This document shows, in pieces, positions 18,808 to 28,137 of a DNA stretch of 64,000 nucleotides (position 1 is its first letter; every line of letters starts with the position of its first letter). Under the pieces are notes generated by a model, which searched no databases, was not told where the DNA came from, and saw only the letters and a program-made list of their open reading frames with translations. The stretch lies in sequence record NC_019505.1. The stretch is one strand, 5' to 3'. The DNA is from Escherichia phage wV7. The translations under genes were made by a program, and so were the position numbers.

Positions 18808-20904
18808 TTATCCTTGAACGAACTTGTAAGGCATGTTTGTAATATCTATGCAAGACGCAATAATTCCAAGAGATGATTCTACTTTCTGTTTAACATTTGA
18901 TGAAACAAATGATGCAAAGTCAACTCTGTCTTCTATTTCAATATCACCTGTCATTGCAACCAATTCACCAGTTTCCATTAAATGGTCTCCGTCATAGATT
19001 ACCGATTCGGTGAGCTCTTCCGTGGTCATAACTTCAGCTTGAATGAGTTTTGTATTATTAGATGTTGTTCCGTCATTATTAGAAGCATCAGTTATTTTAT
19101 TAACTTTGACCATCAATCCACGCGGTAGAATAACTTCAGCTTCTGTTGCTATTCCGAGACTTCCTGGATATACAACATTAACTTTATGAGCTCCATCAAT
19201 TGCCCATCCTATTTGAACTTTAACGTATTCAGGATTTTCTTTATACGCTCTTATTTCGTTTGGATTAATAGTTATTCCTTCTTCATTTTTATCAACTGTT
19301 AATTCATTGCGAGCTTCTGGTTCTAAAAGACCAATACCAGCATGTGTGATTCCAAAACGTCCAAAAATGATAGGAGTTAAAGAAGTAGATACAAAATTTC
19401 TGAAGTAGAACACTTTATTTTTAACTAACGCTTCATATATAGGAGCAGTCATACTTTGAGCACGATAAACTGTGATGCCTTCCGGTATGCGGTCACCATT
19501 TTCAAAAGCTGAATCTAAGTTATTTATAGCAGATTCAATTTCTTTTTCACTCATTACATCATATCGTTCTGGATTGTAACGACCTAAAAGAAGATTATTG
19601 ATGTCAGTATATCCTGAACCGCAATATTCTCTAATGCCACGCTTTTGTGATGGAGTATATTTAGAACCATCGCGGGCAATAGTAATATCAATCATTGGAC
19701 CAGCACCAATTCCAGAAAAACTGTAAATCATTCGTTTGAGGAATTTAGTTTTTGCTGCGTTCCAGGAATTTTTAGTTATTTCTTCCCAGACTTCATCTGG
19801 TTGTCCTTTACGATTTTTATTATGATTAGCAAGCCATTTATCTTTATAATCTTCAAAGAATTGATTTACAGCTGCTGCGTATTTCTCTAAACATTTTATT
19901 GAAGTAGTTGGTTCATTTTTAATTGCATTAAAAATTACTTCTTTAATTTTTTCTGAAACTTCACCGACTTGACTCATTGGAAAGAATTTATAATCATAGT
20001 GAAGTTCATCTGCCGTTCCTTCAGCAATAATTTTTGCTGCCTTTGTTTTAGAAGCTAATGAATTAATTCCAATTTTCATTTCTTCTGCTTCGGGAATTAA
20101 AGGTGCAGTAGCTGGTTTATTAAAATTAGCTGCTGTAGATTCATACTTCTGGAATAATTCACTTTCAAATCTAGAAGATTCCAATGACTGACTTTGTGCA
20201 ATTGCTCTACGGGAAATTTTAACTTTAACGATTACGGCTTGGTCAGAACGTTTATCATTTTCTTGTGCAATAGATGCAGCAATTGCCTCATTTTTGGTTA
20301 CTTGAGCTCCAGTATCTTTATTGATATAAACATCACCGACCTTCGATTCAACTTTAGTAAAGAGCTCGGTGCTAATTTCTGGAACTCCTGGAATGTCTTC
20401 TAGTGATACATTTTTACGATGTATAAGAATATATGCATACTTTTTATCGTAATCCCAGAGTTCCTTAAGAAGGACGTATCTGCCACCTGAACGACTACGG
20501 ATAAGTCTATCAGCAATAACTTGAATTTGTCGAGCTTGGCCAGCAGTTTTAGACTTAAGAATACGAAGCATACAAGCATCAATTTTATATTGACGCATTG
20601 TTTGCATTGCAACAGTAAAAACTGAATTGATATAATTAATTGGGCTTGGACCAAGACCTTTTAATTTAGCAATTGAACCTTTAGCAGTTAATGTAAAAGG
20701 AACAATGTGCATCATTTTGTCGCCCATTTTTAAATCGCGATTAGTATCACCTCCAGATGTATATGTACATAAACGAAAGCCTGGTTGTTCAATTGCATCA
20801 TCAACATGAACTGAAAAAATTTGTGGTATTTTCTTCTTTGGATTTAAGTTTGTAATCGGAAGAGTAGTATCTTCGTCAAATAATTCTGTAATAAGTTCCA
20901 TCAT
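18808..20904 (-). CDS. alt: Alt, packaged ADP-ribosyltransferase (698 aa)
   Basis: Same architecture as the downstream paralog, with YRAQ / FVSTSL / TEAEVILPRG; late promoter immediately upstream. Confidence 0.85.
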   Translation of the reverse strand: MMELITELFDEDTTLPITNLNPKKKIPQIFSVHVDDAIEQPGFRLCTYTSGGDTNRDLKMGDKMMHIVPFTLTAKGSIAKLKGLGPSPINYINSVFTVAMQTMRQYKIDACMLRILKSKTAGQARQIQVIADRLIRSRSGGRYVLLKELWDYDKKYAYILIHRKNVSLEDIPGVPEISTELFTKVESKVGDVYINKDTGAQVTKNEAIAASIAQENDKRSDQAVIVKVKISRRAIAQSQSLESSRFESELFQKYESTAANFNKPATAPLIPEAEEMKIGINSLASKTKAAKIIAEGTADELHYDYKFFPMSQVGEVSEKIKEVIFNAIKNEPTTSIKCLEKYAAAVNQFFEDYKDKWLANHNKNRKGQPDEVWEEITKNSWNAAKTKFLKRMIYSFSGIGAGPMIDITIARDGSKYTPSQKRGIREYCGSGYTDINNLLLGRYNPERYDVMSEKEIESAINNLDSAFENGDRIPEGITVYRAQSMTAPIYEALVKNKVFYFRNFVSTSLTPIIFGRFGITHAGIGLLEPEARNELTVDKNEEGITINPNEIRAYKENPEYVKVQIGWAIDGAHKVNVVYPGSLGIATEAEVILPRGLMVKVNKITDASNNDGTTSNNTKLIQAEVMTTEELTESVIYDGDHLMETGELVAMTGDIEIEDRVDFASFVSSNVKQKVESSLGIIASCIDITNMPYKFVQG

Positions 20905-20924
20905 AGCCTCTCTAGTGTTTATTC

Positions 20925-20952
20925 TATTTATAAAATTAAAGGCCCGAAGGCC
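20925..20952 (-). promoter_or_regulatory. Late promoter TATAAATA (minus strand) upstream of alt, adjacent to hairpin GGCC-CGAA-GGCC
   Basis: Plus-strand TATTTATA about 20 nt upstream of the alt start; hairpin just beyond. Confidence 0.55.
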
Positions 20953-20953
20953 T

Positions 20954-21142
20954 TTAGTAATCTAGTGGTAAGAGAGTACGATATATTTCAAACTTTGGTC
21001 CTTTTTCATAGGCATCAAATGTTTCTGTAAATTTATTGTAAGCATATGCATCTACAAATTCGAGAATGACTTGTGATACAGAAGTAGAAACATCTCCACC
21101 TTCTTTTTGAGCAATGACAATTGTTTCTAAGTAAGCTTTCAT
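20954..21142 (-). CDS. Hypothetical small protein between ligase and alt
   Basis: 62 aa ORF; start overlaps the gene 30 stop. Confidence 0.5.
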   Translation of the reverse strand: MKAYLETIVIAQKEGGDVSTSVSQVILEFVDAYAYNKFTETFDAYEKGPKFEIYRTLLPLDY

Positions 21143-22602
21143 AAACCAGTTACCTCATGAAAATCGCCAAATACATCCTCGAATGTATTAGCTTTAGTTT
21201 TATCTTCACGTAAACGAATCGCAATCGGAAGAAATAATTTAACGTAATCAGTGCGGCCATCAGATTTTAACCAACCGTTGCATTCGCACTCTAGAATTTT
21301 TCCAATATAATAATTTTGGTTTTCCATAATGCGAGTACGGTCAAGTTCATGCGATTTTACACCAGCTTTATCTTTTAAGCCTGAACCAGCATTTACTTTA
21401 ATTTTTCCACACTCTGACTCAAGAATAAATCCACCCGCTTTAGTAGGGTCTTTACGGTGAGGATAAATTCCTACAATTTTTAAATCAACATCAATTACTT
21501 CTTTAAATTTATAAAGATTTTTTGAACGAGCATTTTCCCATAATCCATCGATATTTTTGAGAATAATACCTTCAAGACCTTGGTCAATATACTTTTTATA
21601 AATTACCTTAGCTTCATCTAGGTTATTTACTACCTGGTTTTCAATTAAAATTACTTTATCATAACCTGATGTCATTTGTTCTAGTTTAGAAAAACGTACA
21701 TCATATTTCAAACGAAATGCAGGAAGACCGTATATTTCTACCAACGGGACATAATCCCAGACCTGAAACTTCATGCATTGAGCTTCTTTTTCAGAAATGG
21801 TTCCCTTTAAAGATTTATTAGCGATTCCATTAGAAGTAGTACGTGATTCAGCTACTTCGGCGAATTCTTTAGCTTTACTAATTTCAGGATAAGCATCAAA
21901 AAGAAAATCTAGGCCTTCTGGTTCCTTTTCAACTTGCTCATGGTATACCAATTCGCCATCAATTAACACACCTTCTGGATGAATCTGGCGAGCTTCTGCA
22001 GTCATTTTGATTAACTCTTCCTTGAGAAGATCTAATCCTAGATATTCATTACCAGCTCGTGATAAAAGACGAACATCATCTAATTCATCACCTCTGACTT
22101 CAGCAAAGCACCGAGCTCCATCAGCTTTTAACTGCGCAAAAGCTGGAAACTTGATATTCTTACTAATGCCTTTTTCATCATAAGAACTTGCCAGCATTTG
22201 AGGTTGTTCAGGAATTAAACCTGGCCAAACTTTGTTTGCAATAGATACTGAAGCACCGCATTCAAGGTCTCGCATCATCACCCGACGCAAAACTTCAACA
22301 TCATCTTTTTTACCGTCAGCAATATATCCAGTTAATTCCTCAATTGCCGCATTTCCGGTCAATTTCCGAGTAGCTAACGTGAATTCAATGAAGTCAAGCA
22401 TATCGGTAAGAGTCAACATTCCAAAACTCTGGGTAGCAATACCAGGTTTAGGCCATTTCTTGATATAATACTGTAACCCACGAGAATAAGTCAGACGATA
22501 TACTCGTTTAAGCAATTCATTATCTTTATTCTTTTCAAGAATTGCTTGCTTCTGCTTAGTTGAACCAATAGATGCTATTTCGTTCAGAATTTTAAGAATC
22601 AT
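21139..22602 (-). CDS. 30: ATP-dependent DNA ligase gp30
   Basis: 487 aa, the recalled T4 ligase length; adenylation-site lysine context (AFAQLKADGAR). Confidence 0.92.
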   Translation of the reverse strand: MILKILNEIASIGSTKQKQAILEKNKDNELLKRVYRLTYSRGLQYYIKKWPKPGIATQSFGMLTLTDMLDFIEFTLATRKLTGNAAIEELTGYIADGKKDDVEVLRRVMMRDLECGASVSIANKVWPGLIPEQPQMLASSYDEKGISKNIKFPAFAQLKADGARCFAEVRGDELDDVRLLSRAGNEYLGLDLLKEELIKMTAEARQIHPEGVLIDGELVYHEQVEKEPEGLDFLFDAYPEISKAKEFAEVAESRTTSNGIANKSLKGTISEKEAQCMKFQVWDYVPLVEIYGLPAFRLKYDVRFSKLEQMTSGYDKVILIENQVVNNLDEAKVIYKKYIDQGLEGIILKNIDGLWENARSKNLYKFKEVIDVDLKIVGIYPHRKDPTKAGGFILESECGKIKVNAGSGLKDKAGVKSHELDRTRIMENQNYYIGKILECECNGWLKSDGRTDYVKLFLPIAIRLREDKTKANTFEDVFGDFHEVTGL

Positions 22603-22868
22603 TGTTCATCCTTTAGAGTTTGGTTTACAGCTCTATTATAAATCAATTCATCATTAAGCTCAGTCAAAGACTTGTGGTACGTGGTTCTAACTTTATTTCC
22701 TTGCATCCAGTGCTTGACGTAAATGAAACCTTGCTCTACACATTTTTTAAAAATTCGTTCGTCTTTTTGAGCTCGGAATTCTGGATTGCATCTAAAAAAT
22801 TGATTTACGTGACCGTAATCACGTGTAGTATTACCTTCATTTTCATAAATAGTATGAACAACAAACAT
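22599..22868 (-). CDS. Hypothetical protein (30.1 position)
   Basis: 89 aa ORF. Confidence 0.55.
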   Translation of the reverse strand: MFVVHTIYENEGNTTRDYGHVNQFFRCNPEFRAQKDERIFKKCVEQGFIYVKHWMQGNKVRTTYHKSLTELNDELIYNRAVNQTLKDEQ

Positions 22869-23704
22869 TAGAATGCTCCTTGGAAAATATTATCACCACT
22901 AGTAGGTCTATTATACAAATACTCTATGCCACCGGGTTTAATATAGTTCCATGTCTGAAACGGATGCGTCTGATATGGATGATATAGATTATAAGGATTA
23001 AATCCAGGAGTTCTCCAGGTAGTGTTCCAAGGAAAAGAATCGTTTTTAATCATCTTTTCAATTACATCTTTTATAGCTTTTTCACTATCAAAACTTTCTT
23101 TATTTTCCTTCGATGGAAAAAGCTTATTCTCTACATCATTCCATGTATAAACTCGCTGCGCAGTTTTTGGAATACTGTCACGCTCCCCTCGAGCCATCCA
23201 ATAAACAGGAACATTTAATATTTCACTCGCGTGATCGCAGTGGTGAGCGAGATCGTCAATATAACAAATTACGTTATATTTCTCTTTTGCCTTTTTGAAC
23301 AACTCTTCTTTTGAAGAATCATGACCACACATCAATACTTCTGAGAAGGCACCAGGAAAAAGAGCATTCAAATTAAATTGACGATTTAGCAGAGCGTCAA
23401 TAGAATCACCCAATGCTGTAACAGCTACAAAATTATAATCTTCTTTTAATTTGTTAATTACACACAGGGCATCTTTATACGGAGACAAGTAACGAATAAA
23501 ATCTGAACGATTATACTTTTCGATTAATTTAACACCAAGTTCTTCATCGCAATTAAAGAGCTTACCAGGAGAAATAAATTTTTCGTCCTGAATCATTTTT
23601 AAAATATGTTCCAACGGAAGATTATATTTTTGGGCAAAATAAGGAAGGCCCGATTGCCAGCTTAAACACACCCCGTCAATATCAGTCAAAATAGTAGGCT
23701 TCAT
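22868..23704 (-). CDS. HAD-superfamily hydrolase-like protein (30.2 position)
   Basis: N-terminal DIDGV (HAD motif I, DxDG[TV]); 278 aa. Confidence 0.6.
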   Translation of the reverse strand: MKPTILTDIDGVCLSWQSGLPYFAQKYNLPLEHILKMIQDEKFISPGKLFNCDEELGVKLIEKYNRSDFIRYLSPYKDALCVINKLKEDYNFVAVTALGDSIDALLNRQFNLNALFPGAFSEVLMCGHDSSKEELFKKAKEKYNVICYIDDLAHHCDHASEILNVPVYWMARGERDSIPKTAQRVYTWNDVENKLFPSKENKESFDSEKAIKDVIEKMIKNDSFPWNTTWRTPGFNPYNLYHPYQTHPFQTWNYIKPGGIEYLYNRPTSGDNIFQGAF

Positions 23705-24165
23705 AGAGAGTCTCTTAATAGGTTTAACACATCAATAAATTCAGCTTCGGTTAGTATTGTATCATCTTTTGTTAGACCACTAGCCATGCTATGCTTCAAA
23801 ACTTTTCCTTTCGAGGCTAGTAATGCATCACGAAAGCCCTTGTTTTGAATCGCTGCTTCAAAATATGCATTTGTGTACAACTCTTTCCACGCTGGTGAGT
23901 ATCTTGAAAACGGAACTCCAAGCCAGAAGAGGGTCCCACGGTCCTGAGCTCTTGCATAAGACCTTCCAGCTTGTTGGGCGGCAAGTCCGGATAACCCAAA
24001 TATACGTCTTTGCTGCTCAACATTTTTCACCTTGCACCCTTGGAGAAATCCTTCAAGACCTCCAAATTGGATACCATCCATAACAAAAGGCCATTGAGCG
24101 AAATTACTTAATGCACACGATGGCCATCTAAAATTGCTTCTAATCTCTAACTCAGGCATTTTCAA
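23701..24165 (-). CDS. NADAR/YbiA-family protein (30.3 position)
   Basis: LSNFAQWPF...DG...E.F.Q..K and ...GFRDALLASKGKVLKH resemble the E. coli YbiA/NADAR signature FSNFAAWP...EHYFQAQK. Confidence 0.6.
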   Translation of the reverse strand: MKMPELEIRSNFRWPSCALSNFAQWPFVMDGIQFGGLEGFLQGCKVKNVEQQRRIFGLSGLAAQQAGRSYARAQDRGTLFWLGVPFSRYSPAWKELYTNAYFEAAIQNKGFRDALLASKGKVLKHSMASGLTKDDTILTEAEFIDVLNLLRDSL

Positions 24166-24358
24166 TGCTTATAATTTCAACATCAGCCCAATGACCATAG
24201 CAAGGAAGACGAAATTCAACTGGCCAGTTAGGGTCCTTTTCTAATATAATAGACTTAACTTGTGGTTCTTCATGTTCATCAGTATATGGATTTTTATCTG
24301 TTACTTTATATGTGACCTTAATGTACTGAATTCCAAAAATCTTATTAATTATATTCAT
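24152..24358 (-). CDS. Hypothetical small protein
   Basis: 68 aa ORF in the 30.x cluster. Confidence 0.5.
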   Translation of the reverse strand: MNIINKIFGIQYIKVTYKVTDKNPYTDEHEEPQVKSIILEKDPNWPVEFRLPCYGHWADVEIISIENA

Positions 24359-24552
24359 ACTAATTCCTTTAATCCGTAAATAGGAGATAATTCATCACCC
24401 ATACGAAGGTCTTCATTTCCATCTACCCAGGAAACAATATAAGCCTCTTTTATTTGAACACCACTCCATTTAAATGGAGGTAGAACCTTAGAAATTAATC
24501 CAGGTATACCAACTCCCTTTAATTCAACAGTTTGACCTAAAAAGAATTTCAT
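24355..24552 (-). CDS. Hypothetical small protein
   Basis: 65 aa ORF, overlapping stop/start with neighbours. Confidence 0.5.
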   Translation of the reverse strand: MKFFLGQTVELKGVGIPGLISKVLPPFKWSGVQIKEAYIVSWVDGNEDLRMGDELSPIYGLKELV

Positions 24553-24840
24553 CAGAACCTCATCTGAAAGCCATGTGATTTAACATTACCGCCGCCAATA
24601 TCAGAAATATTAATTTCACGCGCAATTGAAGGGTCAATGTCAATTTCACGATTAAGTTTAGCGATAGCTAAAGTATCACGCCCATTTACTGTACGGAATT
24701 CTAAAGGACAAACCACATCAACATAATTTTTAATCGATTCACTGGTAGGTTGCAAATGAGCAGGAAGGTCTTTAGGCGCCTTAGAGAAAACAACTTCACA
24801 GAAATTTTTGCGGGTATCAAAATAAGTAGTCATAAACATA
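24552..24840 (-). CDS. Hypothetical protein (start moved to an internal ATG downstream of the hairpin)
   Basis: Track ORF 24552..24890 runs through hairpin GGGGC-CGAA-GCCCC (24858-24871); a ribosome-binding site and ATG follow at about 24840. Confidence 0.5.
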
Positions 24841-24879
24841 GTATTTTCCTCAGTAAGGGGCCGAAGCCCCTGTTTTATT

Positions 24880-25245
24880 TTAAATATCAAATTCGTTAAG
24901 AACTACATCAAAGATTGCTTCAAGATGCTCAGGTTTAGCTCTGTTACTCAGAATATGACGAATCCAAGTTTTAACCAAAAGCTTGCGATTATCACCATTC
25001 CAGCAAGGATGAGTCCCTAAATCGCGTTGACGAAAATCATCATCCAGAGCGATTTTGAAGTTTGAACCTTCCATTGTGATTGAAACCGTGATGCCATTTT
25101 CAAATCGCATATAAACGTAGTTAGGAGTCATATACTGTTCAATTTCGCATACTGATCCATTTTGATGTTTCCAAAGGCAGATAGTATCAATAGAACCTGC
25201 AATACCATTAGAAACATATTTACGTTCAAAGTTGATGTAGTTCAT
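24880..25245 (-). CDS. Hypothetical protein
   Basis: 121 aa ORF. Confidence 0.55.
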   Translation of the reverse strand: MNYINFERKYVSNGIAGSIDTICLWKHQNGSVCEIEQYMTPNYVYMRFENGITVSITMEGSNFKIALDDDFRQRDLGTHPCWNGDNRKLLVKTWIRHILSNRAKPEHLEAIFDVVLNEFDI

Positions 25246-25313
25246 TTTTATTCTCCGAGATGTTTAATTGCGGTACAGGTATATAATATCATATCCTGTA
25301 CCAAAGTAAACAA

Positions 25314-25646
25314 TTATTTTACTACTTTCCAGTGCTTCATGTCAAGTTTACCAACTTTTTTCATCTTCTCAATCAAACGTTCGGCACGTTGGCGAGCTGT
25401 AACATAATACCATTCGCCTAATTCATTTTGTTCAATTTTTCCAACGATTACTGTATTCAATTCATAAATCCAACCAGTAAAGAAATTATGAACTTGAATT
25501 GTAAAGGTGAAATCTGTTCCCATACCTTCTGTTGTTTCTACTTCAATAATATCACCTTCAACTGCCATTAAGAACCACATAGTTTCATCATATTTACCAT
25601 TGAAGCATTTAGTTTTAACTGCAGCGTTCAGATTAATCGTTTTCAT
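25314..25646 (-). CDS. Hypothetical protein
   Basis: 110 aa ORF preceded by an early promoter and ribosome-binding site. Confidence 0.55.
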   Translation of the reverse strand: MKTINLNAAVKTKCFNGKYDETMWFLMAVEGDIIEVETTEGMGTDFTFTIQVHNFFTGWIYELNTVIVGKIEQNELGEWYYVTARQRAERLIEKMKKVGKLDMKHWKVVK

Positions 25647-25673
25647 TTTATTCTCCTTTGTTTGTGTAAGATA

Positions 25674-25751
25674 ATACTATCACAAAGGAACCATACTGTA
25701 AACAACTTTGTGCAATCTTTGGAAAATAAAAAAGGACTCCCGAAGGAGTCC
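25674..25751 (-). promoter_or_regulatory. Terminator hairpin GGACTCC-CGAA-GGAGTCC followed by an early promoter (GTTTACA, 17 nt, TAGTAT)
   Basis: Minus strand: hairpin, ttttttattttcc..., gTTTACAgtatggttcctttgtgaTAGTAT, then the ribosome-binding site of ORF 25314..25646. Confidence 0.55.
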
Positions 25752-25756
25752 TCAAC

Positions 25757-25933
25757 TTATGCTTTCTGCTTACCAAAACGAGAAGCATCATCTCGAAGAA
25801 CCGCACGTGCTCGGCGCATGATCTTCTCAACAGTTTGATTGATACGAGAGTTCGACCCACGCTTGTAACCAGCGCGTTTAGAATCACCAACTTTCTTTTC
25901 AACTGCTTTCTTTGCTTTAACTTGTTTTGCCAT
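25757..25933 (-). CDS. Small highly basic protein (~58 aa)
   Basis: MAKQVKAKKAVEKKVGDSKRAGYKRGSNSRINQTVEKIMRRARAVLRDD...; stop immediately followed by the hairpin terminator. Confidence 0.55.
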   Translation of the reverse strand: MAKQVKAKKAVEKKVGDSKRAGYKRGSNSRINQTVEKIMRRARAVLRDDASRFGKQKA

Positions 25934-25965
25934 TATAAATTCTCTTTTAAATGAAAATGCAGGAC

Positions 25966-26154
25966 TTATTGGCATTGCCTGCGCAAGCCCTCAAGGGGGA
26001 ACATAGGTTTTGTATATTTACCGACAGGATAACCATAAACCTCGTCAACATACCACCAAGACTTACACAGATAACACTTTTCTGACGCATGATAGTAACA
26101 TTCAAGAGGTACACCATAAAACTGCCGGGGTCTTAAAACTATAATGATTCGCAA
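25966..26154 (-). CDS. Hypothetical Cys-containing small protein (TTG start in track)
   Basis: 62 aa ORF with four Cys; non-ATG start lowers confidence. Confidence 0.35.
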   Translation of the reverse strand: MRIIIVLRPRQFYGVPLECYYHASEKCYLCKSWWYVDEVYGYPVGKYTKPMFPLEGLRRQCQ

Positions 26155-26222
26155 ATCATTAATCAGACAGTTCGATGGCTCCTCGATTTTAGCTCACACT
26201 AAGGCAGTGAATCTCCAATAAA

Positions 26223-26471
26223 TTACTTCAGTGTTACCACAAAGTGACGAACTGCTTTTCGTGCAGCAGAAGCCAGAGGCTTAGCATACTTAAGTTCATC
26301 TTTTTCCTGAAGCTCAGCAGCTAATGCAGTTTGAGCAGGATTTAGATGTTTGAAATAACGCAGGATTTCAAGAGCTTCGGCTTCAACATCAATAGATGCG
26401 CCATAGTTTTCGTGACCATTATTCCATGCGTTTCGTTGCAGTTCAAGAGCGTGTTGTAATTGTTTAATCAT
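26223..26471 (-). CDS. rIII: rIII lysis-inhibition accessory protein
   Basis: 82 aa, MIKQLQHALELQRNAWNNGHENYG...; matches recalled T4 rIII; located next to gene 31. Confidence 0.85.
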   Translation of the reverse strand: MIKQLQHALELQRNAWNNGHENYGASIDVEAEALEILRYFKHLNPAQTALAAELQEKDELKYAKPLASAARKAVRHFVVTLK

Positions 26472-26618
26472 TTAAAAATTCTCGTTAGAGATTAAAACTC
26501 GGTAGTCACGTTCTTCTGAATTTCATCTTCTTTCGACAGATCTCTCAGTTGTAGACTACCACATAGAATTGTTCGGTTAACTTATTATTCCGACACCCAA
26601 TTCATATTATTATTTATA

Positions 26619-26954
26619 TCACTTATAAAGACACGGAATAGCTTTATAGTGACAGGTAACGAATTTTTGTTTAATTTCTTTTGGCTGCTTAAGACCCAGA
26701 GCTACAAAAGGATGCGGAACGTTTCGAATTTGACCAACTGGAAGAGAAGTCAAATCACCAACTTCGCAGAAACCTTCAGGAACATCAGGACCGACAGAGT
26801 GAACTACACATAGTTCAGGAACTTCACCTTGAACACGTTTACCGATAATAAGTCCTGATTCTGTAACTTCTTCATCACCGGCTTGTGCAGGTTCAGAAAC
26901 TAAAATAACATATTCACCGACAGCACGAATTGGTAGCTGTTGTACTTCAGACAT
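26619..26954 (-). CDS. 31: Co-chaperonin gp31 (GroES functional analogue)
   Basis: 111 aa, [26 protein letters not shown]...; size and context as T4 gp31. Confidence 0.9.
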
Positions 26955-27010
26955 CGTTTTTCCTTTTTGTTAACAGATGAATTAATAATAACAAATAATT
27001 CTTAAAGCAT

Positions 27011-27319
27011 TTATTTACCAATAAATTGGAGTAAATGCTCAACTTTCATACCATTAACAGAAATCAATTTGTCAATAGAAAAACCTCGCCACTCGCCAAG
27101 CTCAACATCAAATACTGGAATCATATCAGTAGATTCTTTCCGAGCAGATTCAGTCAATTTACCAGTTTGCATGGTTGGCATAAAGTCAGCATCGCGAGTA
27201 CCTTTCATAGTACGAATAGTACCATCAGACTTTTCAAAAACTACGTTTGAAATACCCATGGACAATTTAGTTTTCAAAATTTCACGAATTGCTACTTTCT
27301 GTTCAGTTATCAGTTTCAT
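27011..27319 (-). CDS. Hypothetical protein (31.1 position)
   Basis: 102 aa ORF. Confidence 0.55.
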   Translation of the reverse strand: MKLITEQKVAIREILKTKLSMGISNVVFEKSDGTIRTMKGTRDADFMPTMQTGKLTESARKESTDMIPVFDVELGEWRGFSIDKLISVNGMKVEHLLQFIGK

Positions 27320-27556
27320 TTATTTACCTATTACAGTTTTAATATGAGTTATTCCACGTTCTTTAAGGGTGGAAAGTAATTTTTGACATTTTTCTAAATC
27401 AGATTTCCAACTATATGGTCTATCTATACTAGTCCAATCAGTTTTATAATACTGTTTCCATTTAGAGAAAAAATATTTCTTATACTCTACAGCAAACGAG
27501 ATGTTCTCGTTAGAATAAGAACTAATTGCTGTAAGCTTTACCAAACGAAATTTCAT
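27320..27556 (-). CDS. Hypothetical protein (31.2 position)
   Basis: 78 aa ORF. Confidence 0.55.
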   Translation of the reverse strand: MKFRLVKLTAISSYSNENISFAVEYKKYFFSKWKQYYKTDWTSIDRPYSWKSDLEKCQKLLSTLKERGITHIKTVIGK

Positions 27557-28137
27557 TATTCACCACAGAATTCGTTGATATTTTCCCAGTTTAACTTATT
27601 CAAGTTTTTCTTAGGAACATTAAACACTTCAATACCTGCATTTCGCAGAATATCATCCCAGCCAGGTTTATTTTTATCGTATGTTTCGCAATAAACCAGT
27701 TTTTTAATACCAGATTGAGCTATCGCTTTTGCACAATCTGGACAAGGAGAAAGTGTTACATACATAGTAGCACCTTCAATAGAAGAACCATTTCGTGCAG
27801 CAAACAAAATTGCATTTAGTTCAGCATGAATTTCATTTTTAGACGACCATTCAGAGTGAGCGCTCCGGTGTTCTTTTGCCAAGACAAAACGATCAGTTGA
27901 ACCAAATGATACACATTCGGGCTTATGACCTTGGATGATAGTATGTTTAGGCTTATTCAGCAACCAACCTTGCTCAGCAGCATAATCACAACAGTTCACA
28001 CCACCAGCAGGTGAACCATTATATCCGGTAGAAATAATACGTCCATTCTTTTCAATTACTGCTCCTACCTTCCAGGAGCAACATTTTGATTCCTGCGATA
28101 CTAAATATGCAATTTGAAGTACTGTACTCGCTTTCAT
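27556..28137 (-). CDS. cd: dCMP deaminase
   Basis: 193 aa; zinc-binding deaminase motifs HAELNAI and PCPDCAKAI. Confidence 0.92.
   Translation of the reverse strand: MKASTVLQIAYLVSQESKCCSWKVGAVIEKNGRIISTGYNGSPAGGVNCCDYAAEQGWLLNKPKHTIIQGHKPECVSFGSTDRFVLAKEHRSAHSEWSSKNEIHAELNAILFAARNGSSIEGATMYVTLSPCPDCAKAIAQSGIKKLVYCETYDKNKPGWDDILRNAGIEVFNVPKKNLNKLNWENINEFCGE

Noticed and set aside
25648-25902. 84-aa minus-strand track ORF overlapping the small basic protein gene
   Set aside because: It overlaps the better-supported ORF 25757..25933 in another frame and runs through the terminator hairpin; judged spurious
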